Below the pieces are notes generated by a model, which saw only the letters and a program-made list of their open reading frames with translations, had not been told where the DNA came from and did no database searches. From Candidatus Dojkabacteria bacterium (lineage in GTDB: Bacteria > Patescibacteriota > Dojkabacteria > GCA-002793355), in NCBI GenBank assembly GCA_030583825.1, contig CP129477.1, positions 318,308-382,307 on the forward strand: a stretch of 64,000 bases of DNA. Direction: 5' to 3'. Position numbers and translations under genes: made by a program. Shown piece after piece: positions 18,179-27,025 of this stretch; positions within the stretch are counted from its first letter, which is position 1; each line of letters begins with the position of its first letter.

Positions 18179-18215
18179 AGATGGGGAGGGGTATACTCTC
18201 CTCATCTTCTTTTTT
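18179..18215 (+). terminator. rho-independent terminator (10-bp stem with one G-U pair, followed by TCTTTTTT)
   Basis: inverted repeat AGATGGGGAG / CTCCTCATCT followed by a T-run. Confidence 0.5.
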
Positions 18216-18284
18216 ATGGAGAGCGTTTGCCAATTAAATAATGAGTTTGGTGCGTTGTACATTGCAAAAGAATAAGAATATATA

Positions 18285-19391
18285 GTGATGAAAATATTGC
18301 TTGAAATTATGAAACAGAAAAAAGACTTTTCTCTGCGGTTAATTTTGGCATTTCTATTTGCATGTGTTTGTATTTTTATTTTTTCTCAATCAAAACCTAC
18401 TTCTGCTGCAACATTTAGTGAATTCTCTATTCGATCGTCACGTATCGAAGTATCACAAGCCGATGTACAGATTCTGGTCAGATTTACACCTGATTCAATT
18501 GCTACCGAAGATGAACTCCGAATAACCTATGCTCCAGGCTTTGTTGTTGATCCTACGCCAGGAAACCACAGCGACTATCCATATGGTGCAGGCGACTGGG
18601 ACGGAATTGAATGTAACTCGACGCTAGGGCTTGGAACTCCCTCAGTTTCCGGCCAGGAACTTACCTACACTGTTCCCGACTTGTCAGATGGTCAATACTA
18701 TTGCTTTTTGATAACGGGCGGTATTGATACGCCATCTTCCCCAGGAAACTACCCAATTACAGTTGAAACACGTGAATCAGGCGTGACTATTGATTACGCA
18801 GTATTATCCGTTCCTATCGTAGATAACGATGAAATCACTATGACTGCTGCAGTTGGAGAATTCGTACGATGCGATGTAACAACCGCAGGAAACGATAACT
18901 CTTTAAACTTAGGAACATTACAATACGGAACTATTACACAGTCAGGATCTGGCTTCTTTTCAGGAGAACGATTATACGTACAGGGAGGAACAAATGCTCC
19001 AGAAGGAATGTCTTGGTACTATCGAAGCGATGCTCCGTACAACGGGCTTCACTCTGCAACAGCAAACTATACGCTTGAAGGAGCATCTACAGCATCGAAT
19101 ATGTCTGCTACCACTATCAGTTGTGGCCCAACAACTCCATGTTACGGTATAGTATTTAGTGGCATGTTTGGTTTTGATATGGGTGCACCGAATATTGATA
19201 TAGATTTTGGCGGTGCCACACATATTGGCCCAATGACAACTAATATTTTTGGAGAAAGAATCGCGTATACCAATGGCCCAGCAGCGGGACTAGAGATTCA
19301 CTTTTGGGTACTGGCAACTGCAGCAGAAGATACTCCCGCCGCAAATGACTACACAGACACACTTATTTTTACTTGCAAAGCCGATTTATAA
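18285..19391 (+). CDS. secreted protein, family member A2 (paralog of A1; C-terminal …ANDYTDTLIFTCKADL); start may be at the Met at 18309
   Basis: N-terminal SAATFSEFSIRSSRIEVS… aligns with the A1 sequence SAATFTEFTVRPSRIETS…; shared internal block G(M)(T/S)WYYRSDA and shared C-terminus. Confidence 0.6.
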   Translation: MMKILLEIMKQKKDFSLRLILAFLFACVCIFIFSQSKPTSAATFSEFSIRSSRIEVSQADVQILVRFTPDSIATEDELRITYAPGFVVDPTPGNHSDYPYGAGDWDGIECNSTLGLGTPSVSGQELTYTVPDLSDGQYYCFLITGGIDTPSSPGNYPITVETRESGVTIDYAVLSVPIVDNDEITMTAAVGEFVRCDVTTAGNDNSLNLGTLQYGTITQSGSGFFSGERLYVQGGTNAPEGMSWYYRSDAPYNGLHSATANYTLEGASTASNMSATTISCGPTTPCYGIVFSGMFGFDMGAPNIDIDFGGATHIGPMTTNIFGERIAYTNGPAAGLEIHFWVLATAAEDTPAANDYTDTLIFTCKADL

Positions 19392-19468
19392 CTATGAAGA
19401 TTTTTTATTAATGAGTTTATCTACTTTAGGTAAGCTCATCCGTAAAGAATTATTTAAAAGGGAGAGAA

Positions 19469-20620
19469 ATGAGTAAAAGTTATGTAGAAAAAGCAGCAGC
19501 ATTCATTGTTACGCAGCTTGCAGTCTTATTATTTTTAATTGCTCCAGTGGCAGCGCAATCAACATCGAATACCACTGGAATCATCGTCTCTCCTCCGTCG
19601 TTGCAATTTAACATTGAAAATGGCGGTCAGGTTACTCGAACATTACGCGTGACAAACCAGCGTAAAGAAAGAGATACATTCACAGTTTCAACCAGACAGA
19701 TCGGTATTGACCAGTACGGCGGATACTTTACTCCCGAAAGTGCATTAAGTGATTCACGTAGCACATTTGAAAAGCAGGGATATATTTCGTTCTACCCTCA
19801 GACATTTGACCTTGAAGTCGGACAATCTCAGGACGTAACTGTTATATTTGACCTTCCGGCAAACCTTGAAACAAGCGGCTATTACCTCGAAATTGCAGTA
19901 ATGTCGAAAGTTATTACCCCAGGTGGTTCTCCTGACGGTAATGTAGGTGCTGCTGCAGAAGTCGCTATTCCTATCGGAATGAACTATATCGGAAGCGGTA
20001 CACAAAAGCGACTGCTCGAAGTTATGTACTTTAACACTGTTGAAAAATCTCTCATTCCAAAGTTGGAAACTCCATCAGGACGAGAAGAATACATAAAAAC
20101 GGTAACCTCACAGAAAAAGCGGGAGCTATGGTTTAGTTTTGCACCAATTTACTTTACAGCGTATGTTCAGAATAAAGGAAATGTGAATGTTTCCCCTGCA
20201 GGAAGCATTTTTATTGCACGAGATCCAAGCTTTTCAGACCCGATTGCCGAAGTTCCTTTAGATAAGGACGGGAAATTCGTTTTCTCAAACGCAGGACGCC
20301 TCATTGTTACTCAGTGGCCAGGCGGCTTTATCGAGGTTGACCATGATGGAAAGATGAAAATTAACTGGAACCAATGGAATCATATTCGTTTTGGAAAATA
20401 CTACGCTCAACTCAACCTTATTTGGGATGATGTAAACGGCAAAGCCTTTAAAACAGAGGTTATTAGTTTCTGGGTCTTCCCATGGCAGCTAATTCTTGTC
20501 ATAATTTTACTAGCGGCACTTATTGTTGGATACTTTCATTTCAAGCCATTCGGCAAGAAAAAGGCAAAAAGCTCTCAAAATGACGGCACAAAGAGAAAAA
20601 AGACAACAAAAAGTAAATAG
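19469..20620 (+). CDS. DUF916/CscA-like cell-surface anchor protein (signal peptide, extracellular domain, C-terminal TM helix, Lys-rich cytoplasmic tail)
   Basis: signal peptide; N-terminal IIVSPPSLQFNIENGGQVTRTLRVTNQ pattern; C-terminal WQLILVIILLAALIVGYF followed by a KKKAK…KRKK tail. Confidence 0.5.
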   Translation: MSKSYVEKAAAFIVTQLAVLLFLIAPVAAQSTSNTTGIIVSPPSLQFNIENGGQVTRTLRVTNQRKERDTFTVSTRQIGIDQYGGYFTPESALSDSRSTFEKQGYISFYPQTFDLEVGQSQDVTVIFDLPANLETSGYYLEIAVMSKVITPGGSPDGNVGAAAEVAIPIGMNYIGSGTQKRLLEVMYFNTVEKSLIPKLETPSGREEYIKTVTSQKKRELWFSFAPIYFTAYVQNKGNVNVSPAGSIFIARDPSFSDPIAEVPLDKDGKFVFSNAGRLIVTQWPGGFIEVDHDGKMKINWNQWNHIRFGKYYAQLNLIWDDVNGKAFKTEVISFWVFPWQLILVIILLAALIVGYFHFKPFGKKKAKSSQNDGTKRKKTTKSK

Positions 20621-20644
20621 CACTAATTAATTGCAACATATTCT

Positions 20645-21520
20645 ATGGATCAGAAAGATATCGTTATTGCGCCTTCTTCGTTTACGCTAACAGTTGCTCC
20701 CGGAGAAAATGCACAAATACCTGTAACAATTACTAATAATTCAGATACTGACATTGTGTTTACTGTGAGCTCTGCTCGGTTGCCGATCGCTGCTGCAAAA
20801 GAAAAGAAGCTGGATTTACAGCAATATGAAGATGAGGAAACATCGTGGATTGCAAGTACGCCGTCTTTTTCGATTCAAAAAGGAGAAACAAAAACATTAC
20901 AAGCGACACTAAGTATTCCCACAGGACTTTCTGATATTTCCGAATATCCTGTGCTCCTGCTCCGCCAAAGCAACGAAGGTTCAGGCCAAGTTGCTCTCGC
21001 AACAGACGTCGCAATTCCAGTATTTCTGAACCTGAGAAATGCCCAAGACAATGCAAAAACAGAAATTACACAGTTTAACGCGGCAAAATCAATTGTTTTT
21101 TCACCTGAAAACATCTTTACTGTTCAGGTAAAAAATAGCTCTGAAGGCGAAGTATTCACGCAACCAAAGGGGAAAATCTATATCTATGATAACAATGGGA
21201 CAAGGCTTTCTTCCCAACTAGACATTAATGAAAGTTTCTCACGATTGTATAAAGACCAGTCGTTTGAAGAAGTGCTCTCGTGGCAAGGGAAAAAGTCATA
21301 TATCCCCGTCTTTGGGAAATACACTGCTGTGGCCGAAATTTATACCGGAGGAACGTTTGCAACACAGAAAGTAACTGCAGTACAAACATTCTGGATTATT
21401 CCCGTATATCATATCGTTGGGCTTATTGTCGTTATTGCGGTACTTGCAGGTATCGTATTTTCTGCGTGGAAATCTGTTTACAAGTCTGCTGCAATTAAAA
21501 ATCGCAGTGAATCTGTGTAA
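20645..21520 (+). CDS. second DUF916-like protein with a C-terminal TM anchor (no obvious signal peptide)
   Basis: N-terminal IVIAPSSFTLTVAPGENAQIPVTITNNSDTDIVFTVS repeats the pattern of 19469..20620; C-terminal TM helix plus short basic tail. Confidence 0.45.
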   Translation: MDQKDIVIAPSSFTLTVAPGENAQIPVTITNNSDTDIVFTVSSARLPIAAAKEKKLDLQQYEDEETSWIASTPSFSIQKGETKTLQATLSIPTGLSDISEYPVLLLRQSNEGSGQVALATDVAIPVFLNLRNAQDNAKTEITQFNAAKSIVFSPENIFTVQVKNSSEGEVFTQPKGKIYIYDNNGTRLSSQLDINESFSRLYKDQSFEEVLSWQGKKSYIPVFGKYTAVAEIYTGGTFATQKVTAVQTFWIIPVYHIVGLIVVIAVLAGIVFSAWKSVYKSAAIKNRSESV

Positions 21521-22650
21521 TCAGTTGCTGCAGGAGAAGACTCTTCTGGTCGAGCTTTTACATACAATGCTAATCTTCCTTGATATAAAGGTGACGTACT
21601 TTCCGCAAGCTTTGTTCCATAATCGCTATCGCTGACTTGCCCGACATTATTTCCTGCTCCAGTAAACGAAGACACCACAGTTAATGGGCCAAGATATGTT
21701 TCTGCCGACGAATATTCCTGAATTCCATACCCATGCGTGGATGAAAGATCGGCTGTAACCGAAGGCAATGTATACGCTCCCGTAGATGAGAATAGTCCGC
21801 CATATTGGCTTTTTACATTCACAGTAACACCTTCGATAGCATTTGTTCCAATATCAAGCCAGATCAGGTTTGATGCTGTTGTTACTTCACCAAGGAATAA
21901 TCCTCCCAAACTAATTGTATACGGAGCACCATTTTCAGTAGATATGCCGGATGTATCGGCAATATCAAGATCAAAAGCAATTTGAGGCTCCGCCGTCGTT
22001 GTATTTGCGTGTGGCCCTGGCATAGATTCAGTAAAGTCTCCATGCAACGCTGTAAATCGAACATAGTACATTGTGCCTGGTTCCAGCCCGTACACATTAA
22101 AATTCGAAACAGTGCTCTCCCACGCAGTTTCTGTAAGGTAATCGGCAAGATCATGATTTGCGGCCGATTCGACCAAAAAAGTCGTGCCATCTACATAATT
22201 CCAAGTTGCCCATGTATTATCAGTCGTGATTTGCAATGAATATAGCGTGTCAGAAGGATTTCCCTGCGGATCAATTTCAACACGTGCGCGGTCAAAACAT
22301 CCACCTTGGCCGCATAATGCCACCATTCCGTTGGCAAGGTCGCCATCTGCACAGTCAGTGGATCCCGCACTTGTTGTTTCAAAGCAATGAACTAACGGAA
22401 TATTTGCCATCCATGTATTTACGACACCTGCGCGTGCCTGATAGTTTGATGAAGTAAATCGAACATCATTCACAAATTCGTCCATAGAAAGGTATGCTCT
22501 GTAGTTTGCTGATTGTCCCTCGCCTGCAACTGCTCCAAATGAAGGATCTTTTAATTGATAGTTTGTAGAGGATGGATCCTGCGCAAAGACCGGAACAATA
22601 AATAAAAGTGACGCAAATAGCGTGATAAAAAATGCGAGCAGTTTCTTCAT
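21478..22650 (-). CDS. secreted protein, family member A3 (C-terminal …AATDYTDSLRFLIAADL); leaderless
   Basis: signal peptide MKKLLAFFITLFASLLFIVPVFA; C-terminal motif shared with A1 and A2; TATAAT + 6 nt + ATG. Confidence 0.55.
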   Translation of the reverse strand: MKKLLAFFITLFASLLFIVPVFAQDPSSTNYQLKDPSFGAVAGEGQSANYRAYLSMDEFVNDVRFTSSNYQARAGVVNTWMANIPLVHCFETTSAGSTDCADGDLANGMVALCGQGGCFDRARVEIDPQGNPSDTLYSLQITTDNTWATWNYVDGTTFLVESAANHDLADYLTETAWESTVSNFNVYGLEPGTMYYVRFTALHGDFTESMPGPHANTTTAEPQIAFDLDIADTSGISTENGAPYTISLGGLFLGEVTTASNLIWLDIGTNAIEGVTVNVKSQYGGLFSSTGAYTLPSVTADLSSTHGYGIQEYSSAETYLGPLTVVSSFTGAGNNVGQVSDSDYGTKLAESTSPLYQGRLALYVKARPEESSPAATDYTDSLRFLIAADL

Positions 22651-22668
22651 AAGTATATTATACTATGT

Positions 22669-23526
22669 ATGATGAAAGAATTTGCAGGTGTCACAATTAC
22701 CCATCCTGAACGAGTCATTTTTCCTAAAACAAATATTACCAAGCTAGATATTGCTCAATACTACTCTCAAATTAGTGAAAAGCTGCTTCTGGAACTTATA
22801 GAGCGCCCTGTAAGCCTTGTCAGAAGCCCTGGAGGGCTCCAAAACGGCAAGTTTTATCAGAAGCACCCTTCAGAGGCCTTCCCAAAATATATTGAGCGTA
22901 TAACGATTACAGAGCGTCAGGGAGAGGGTGTGTATATAACCCTAGACGCGCAAAACGACCTCATTTTCCTTTCTAATATTGGGGTGATAGAGTTTCACGC
23001 TTGGTTATCTTCTCTGCCTGATTTAGAAGCTCCCGACCGCATTGTATTTGACTTAGACCCTGCTCCCGATGCTCCTTGGAGCAATGTTATTGACGCAGCA
23101 AAGTATATTCATGATGAATTACAGGAGCATAAACTCTTTTCTTGTATAAAAACTTCCGGGATTAAGGGGCTTCACATTGTTGTTCCTATAAAAAATACAA
23201 CATGGGAGCATTCAAAAGCATTTGCGCGCGGTATTGCCGACCACCTTGCAGAAAAGTATCCAACCAAGTTTACAACGACAATTGCCAAAGACAAGCGCGA
23301 AGGCAAAGTATTCATTGACTACCTACGTAACTCACGAGGAGCAACAAATGTTGCTGCATTTTCACTTCGTACGCACGCCGAAGCAACTATTTCATTTCCA
23401 TTTGCCTGGAAAGATCTTTCTACAGATATCCGTCCGTACATGGTAACAATGAAAAACTACGAAGACTTCACTATTCCTGAAGAGTGGAAGAAACTGTACA
23501 CAGTTTCCCAAAAGCTAATGGATTAG
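22669..23526 (+). CDS. standalone NHEJ polymerase/primase domain (LigD PolDom-like); start may be at the second Met at 22672
   Basis: LigD Pol domain pattern: VTITHPERVIFPK…TKLDIAQYY…FYQKHP…DRIVFDLDP…KTSGIKGLHIVVPI…KVFIDYLRNSRGATNVAAFSLR. Confidence 0.75.
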   Translation: MMKEFAGVTITHPERVIFPKTNITKLDIAQYYSQISEKLLLELIERPVSLVRSPGGLQNGKFYQKHPSEAFPKYIERITITERQGEGVYITLDAQNDLIFLSNIGVIEFHAWLSSLPDLEAPDRIVFDLDPAPDAPWSNVIDAAKYIHDELQEHKLFSCIKTSGIKGLHIVVPIKNTTWEHSKAFARGIADHLAEKYPTKFTTTIAKDKREGKVFIDYLRNSRGATNVAAFSLRTHAEATISFPFAWKDLSTDIRPYMVTMKNYEDFTIPEEWKKLYTVSQKLMD

Positions 23527-23527
23527 C

Positions 23528-24703
23528 TTATCCGGCTAAAAGATAGCTAAATAAACGATGGTCATCCTCCCCATTTTCCGTTTCAAACGCAAAATGCTCC
23601 TGCACCGTGTTTAATTGCGCAATTGCTACGGGATCTTCGGCGCGCAACACAGTAAATGGATGGAATTCTTCTGACTGCGCTGAATACTTCACAAGATGCG
23701 AGTATACTCTTCCAATTGGCACAGGGAGCGTAAAGTCAGCAAATCCGCTTTTGGTAAGGTGGCGCATTGTTTTTGTTGCGCCCCCACGATATCTAATTTT
23801 GCCCTCTTCGTCGTAGTACGCAAAGAAGGCATCGTTATTTGTGCGCATCCATGGAGCTACTTCATCTACGGCGACGGCAAATGCAAGCGGTTCATCGCGA
23901 TAATTTGTATCTAATCCGGTTCCAATAACATGAATTCTTTCTCCGCGCAGATAAAGTAAGGTTTGCACTAATGCACGCGCTTCTGTCAGGCCGTTTGGAA
24001 TAAATGAAATTTCATCAATGCCAACGAGGTTTCTACTGCCGTTTTTATGCTCTGCTGCGTACAATAATCTGCGCTGCAGCTGAGAATACGATACGCGCAT
24101 CGCTTTTAGTCTTCGGACTTCTTCTGCATCGTGGCCACGACCTTTTCCTCCTCTACGGCTCATGATGTAGCGCTCATCTAATACTCTCGCAATAAATGGG
24201 TGAAGTACTGTTCCTCCGGGCAAAAGCTGTTGACTGCTGACGATAAACTCGAGTAATTTATCGGTTTTGGCGGAAAACATGCCGCCAAATTCTATTTCTG
24301 AAACAGGATCTCCACCATTATCAGCGTCATTCATTTGTTCCCGCAAATCCTTTGTACAGCGCGCATTGCGAGTTGAGTGCTTTCTTTCCCATACGCTAAT
24401 TAATGTCTCTTTCTCTCCTTCTGCACGTGCTTTATACGGATCGATTGGCGAAATTAATAACGCTTGAGCCGCAATATGCTCATTCCCTTTTTGTTGCTGA
24501 ATATCTAAGTAAGAACCAACCGCGTGGGCAACAACCGCGATTTCACGAGAATCATAGCCAGCATTTGTTAAATCTTCTTCGTATGCGTCCAACCTTTCTG
24601 CAACAGGCTGATATTCTGGAATTGTGAACAAGTCATCAAGCTCGGACTTTGGATATTGGGCAAAATCACGCTCAGCGACTCCTGCAAGTACTCGTTCTGC
24701 CAT
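23528..24703 (-). CDS. thymidine-kinase-fold P-loop protein, divergent (Walker A GGMFSAKT; TK-like VGIDEISF and GLDTNYRDEPL blocks; no C-terminal zinc ribbon; 130-aa N-terminal extension)
   Basis: my own alignment to type II TK motifs (GPMFSGKS/T; IGIDEAQFF; GLD.DF…P); translationally coupled to the upstream LRR gene. Confidence 0.45.
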   Translation of the reverse strand: MAERVLAGVAERDFAQYPKSELDDLFTIPEYQPVAERLDAYEEDLTNAGYDSREIAVVAHAVGSYLDIQQQKGNEHIAAQALLISPIDPYKARAEGEKETLISVWERKHSTRNARCTKDLREQMNDADNGGDPVSEIEFGGMFSAKTDKLLEFIVSSQQLLPGGTVLHPFIARVLDERYIMSRRGGKGRGHDAEEVRRLKAMRVSYSQLQRRLLYAAEHKNGSRNLVGIDEISFIPNGLTEARALVQTLLYLRGERIHVIGTGLDTNYRDEPLAFAVAVDEVAPWMRTNNDAFFAYYDEEGKIRYRGGATKTMRHLTKSGFADFTLPVPIGRVYSHLVKYSAQSEEFHPFTVLRAEDPVAIAQLNTVQEHFAFETENGEDDHRLFSYLLAG

Positions 24704-24706
24704 AGT

Positions 24707-25240
24707 TTATTGTGATAAGTTATCTGAAGAAATAATAATTTCAATATCTTTTCGCAGAGATTGTAATTTTGTTTGCTCGGCAAGTGGCATCATATCGCGA
24801 GAAATAATCAGAATTTTCAGTGCTTTTATATCAGCAACGTCTTGAGTGGACATAATAAATTCATTATTTGCAATGTTCAGAGTTTGCAGTGCAGGTAATT
24901 CCTTTATTTGCGAAGGAAATGCTACAAAGTCATTATTGCTGATATCTAGCACTTCGAGCGAGTTAAGTTTGGAAATACCGTCCGGGAGGCTACTCAATGC
25001 ATTATTGCTAAGATTTAACTCTTTCGCGTCCGCTCTTTCAAGCACTTCCAATGGAAAAGTATCACCCACCTTGCCGGAATAATTCAGTACTACTTGCTCT
25101 GTAATCGTCGTACTTTTCGGCAAAAACAAAGAATACAGCCACACAATTCCAAAAATAATGAGTAGTGCTACGCCAATACCGAGAGATCCATGCTGTATAC
25201 CTCTTTCGAGTTTGGAAAAAGACGGAAGCCTCATACGCAT
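24707..25240 (-). CDS. membrane-anchored leucine-rich repeat (LRR) protein; start set at the internal Met to avoid overlapping the DUF1232 gene
   Basis: tandem LxxLxLxxNxL repeats (LNLSNNALSSLPDGISKLNSLEVLDISNNDFVAFPSQIKELPALQTLNIANNEF); N-terminal TM helix. Confidence 0.7.
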   Translation of the reverse strand: MRMRLPSFSKLERGIQHGSLGIGVALLIIFGIVWLYSLFLPKSTTITEQVVLNYSGKVGDTFPLEVLERADAKELNLSNNALSSLPDGISKLNSLEVLDISNNDFVAFPSQIKELPALQTLNIANNEFIMSTQDVADIKALKILIISRDMMPLAEQTKLQSLRKDIEIIISSDNLSQ

Positions 25241-25241
25241 A

Positions 25242-25442
25242 CTACGATTTTTCAGGTGAGTTTTCGTTTGAATTTTCTTTGCGTGACACAAAAAATCTAC
25301 GGATAAGCTCTATCACCAAGAGGGAAATATCGTCGGTAAGTCCCAGCGGGCCGAACAAGCTTTCAGGAATTATGTCTATTGGAAGGAGAAGATAGATAAT
25401 TGCGGCAACAAGCATCCAGTTTTTTTGAAGAAATGTCCTCAT
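25242..25442 (-). CDS. DUF1232 (YkvA-like) small membrane protein
   Basis: LLPIDIIPESLFGPLGLTDDISLL matches the DUF1232 P-x-D-x-I-P-D…G-x-x-DD motif. Confidence 0.65.
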   Translation of the reverse strand: MRTFLQKNWMLVAAIIYLLLPIDIIPESLFGPLGLTDDISLLVIELIRRFFVSRKENSNENSPEKS

Positions 25443-26965
25443 TCTTGTTTCTCTAATTTAAATATTATACCATCACGTAAGACCTTCACTGTTGAGACCG
25501 AAAGCATCGAGGCAATCTCCTTTTCTGTAGGATGTTGCGTTGAAATTGACCGAGCCGGCTTAAACACAACAATATATGTTTCCTGATTTTCATAAGTTTT
25601 TTGTAAGTGCTCCATTTCCGACGGAAAACGCGAATTTCTAGTTTTCAGCGATGTTACTTTAAACGGCAATGCCGAATTTTCTCGCTCGCCCAATACATAA
25701 ATTGCGGTTAAGGCATTTGAAAATACTTTCGCGTCTTTGGGAAGATCTTTTACTGCCGCAATTGTCTCAGAATTTTGCCATTCCGGCCCTGCAAGAAACG
25801 TACCATTCGTAAATTGATACGAGATAAGCTGCATTCCATTTATTATGACCGAGACAACCAAAATAAAGCCTACCCACTGGTACTTTTTAAAGGTATGGAG
25901 CAATTGAATAACAATCAGCACTGCAAGTGGGAACAGCGGGCTGAATATTCGGAAATCCATTGGCGTAATAGGGTCAAAGAATGTAATTGTGGCAACAATG
26001 AAGAGAATATACGCCAGACAAAGCCCGACCCAAAGCGAGATATCCTGATGTTTCCGTGCAAAAGAGATGATTTGCGCTCGGTAAGTAAATGACATAATGA
26101 TAGCGACAAGCGTGCCTAAAACCCCAACAAGCGTCGCAAGCACTGCAACAGAATCGGGCAGAGAAAATGGCAAAAACCACTGCAAAAATGTCATATATCC
26201 TTCGATAACGCGGTGGATATCCATAAAATACACATGGAATTCACGAATTGAGCTATCTTTTACAAAAAGCCACAGATACGCAACCCACGAAAGAAACGGC
26301 AATCCCACAATTCCCGCAAAAGGCATAGTCCGCAAAACACTCTCTTTCCAAGTGTTTCCCTGCTGTTTTTTCGACACAAGCAGCACAATAAAGAGTATCG
26401 GAATTAAAAAGAGCCCACTGTATCGAATAACTATGCTTATCCCCCATAAAATAGCGGTAAAGACGACAAAAGATATACGCTGAGTTCGAAGATATTCCGC
26501 AAGCAATACTGCTCCGACAATAAAAAGAACAATAAATAGCGGCTCGCTCCATCCCATCGAATGAACTGTCAGTAAATCCCGAGAAAAAAGTAGTAACCCT
26601 TGTGCAATAACCATCAATGTCAGTGATTTTGTGCGAAACAGCACATATGCTCCAAGGCCGATAACCAGCACAAAGAATGAAATAAATGCAAGAATTTGAA
26701 AAGAAAATAGGTGGTTGTCAGACAGTAGCCATAGCAAAATGCTCATAAGTGGAGGAAAATGTGTCAAAGGCTCAAAAGTTCCCGCGTTTGTAATAGTAAG
26801 CAAGCCTTTTCCCGCTTCGAGGCTACGTGCAACAGAAATATAAAATAGCGTGTCAGTTGTAATACCTACCCCCCATCGCTGCATTGCCCAGATAATTATT
26901 ATCCCAAGAATAGCTCCCGGCAAAGCAAGCAAAAGAAATTCTCGATATTTCAGGAATATTTTCAT
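25439..26965 (-). CDS. GT-C fold glycosyltransferase-like polytopic membrane protein, paralog of 12744..14291; leaderless
   Basis: shared N-terminal loop (GVGITTDTLFYISVARSLEAGKGLL…THFPPL versus GSGITQDSLAYVSMTRNLRQGEGIV…THYPPG); more than 10 TM helices. Confidence 0.5.
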   Translation of the reverse strand: MKIFLKYREFLLLALPGAILGIIIIWAMQRWGVGITTDTLFYISVARSLEAGKGLLTITNAGTFEPLTHFPPLMSILLWLLSDNHLFSFQILAFISFFVLVIGLGAYVLFRTKSLTLMVIAQGLLLFSRDLLTVHSMGWSEPLFIVLFIVGAVLLAEYLRTQRISFVVFTAILWGISIVIRYSGLFLIPILFIVLLVSKKQQGNTWKESVLRTMPFAGIVGLPFLSWVAYLWLFVKDSSIREFHVYFMDIHRVIEGYMTFLQWFLPFSLPDSVAVLATLVGVLGTLVAIIMSFTYRAQIISFARKHQDISLWVGLCLAYILFIVATITFFDPITPMDFRIFSPLFPLAVLIVIQLLHTFKKYQWVGFILVVSVIINGMQLISYQFTNGTFLAGPEWQNSETIAAVKDLPKDAKVFSNALTAIYVLGERENSALPFKVTSLKTRNSRFPSEMEHLQKTYENQETYIVVFKPARSISTQHPTEKEIASMLSVSTVKVLRDGIIFKLEKQE

Positions 26966-27025
26966 CTTTTACATGATACAACGTATGCTTTTGCACGACA
27001 AATCAGAGAGCTGTATAATGGAATT

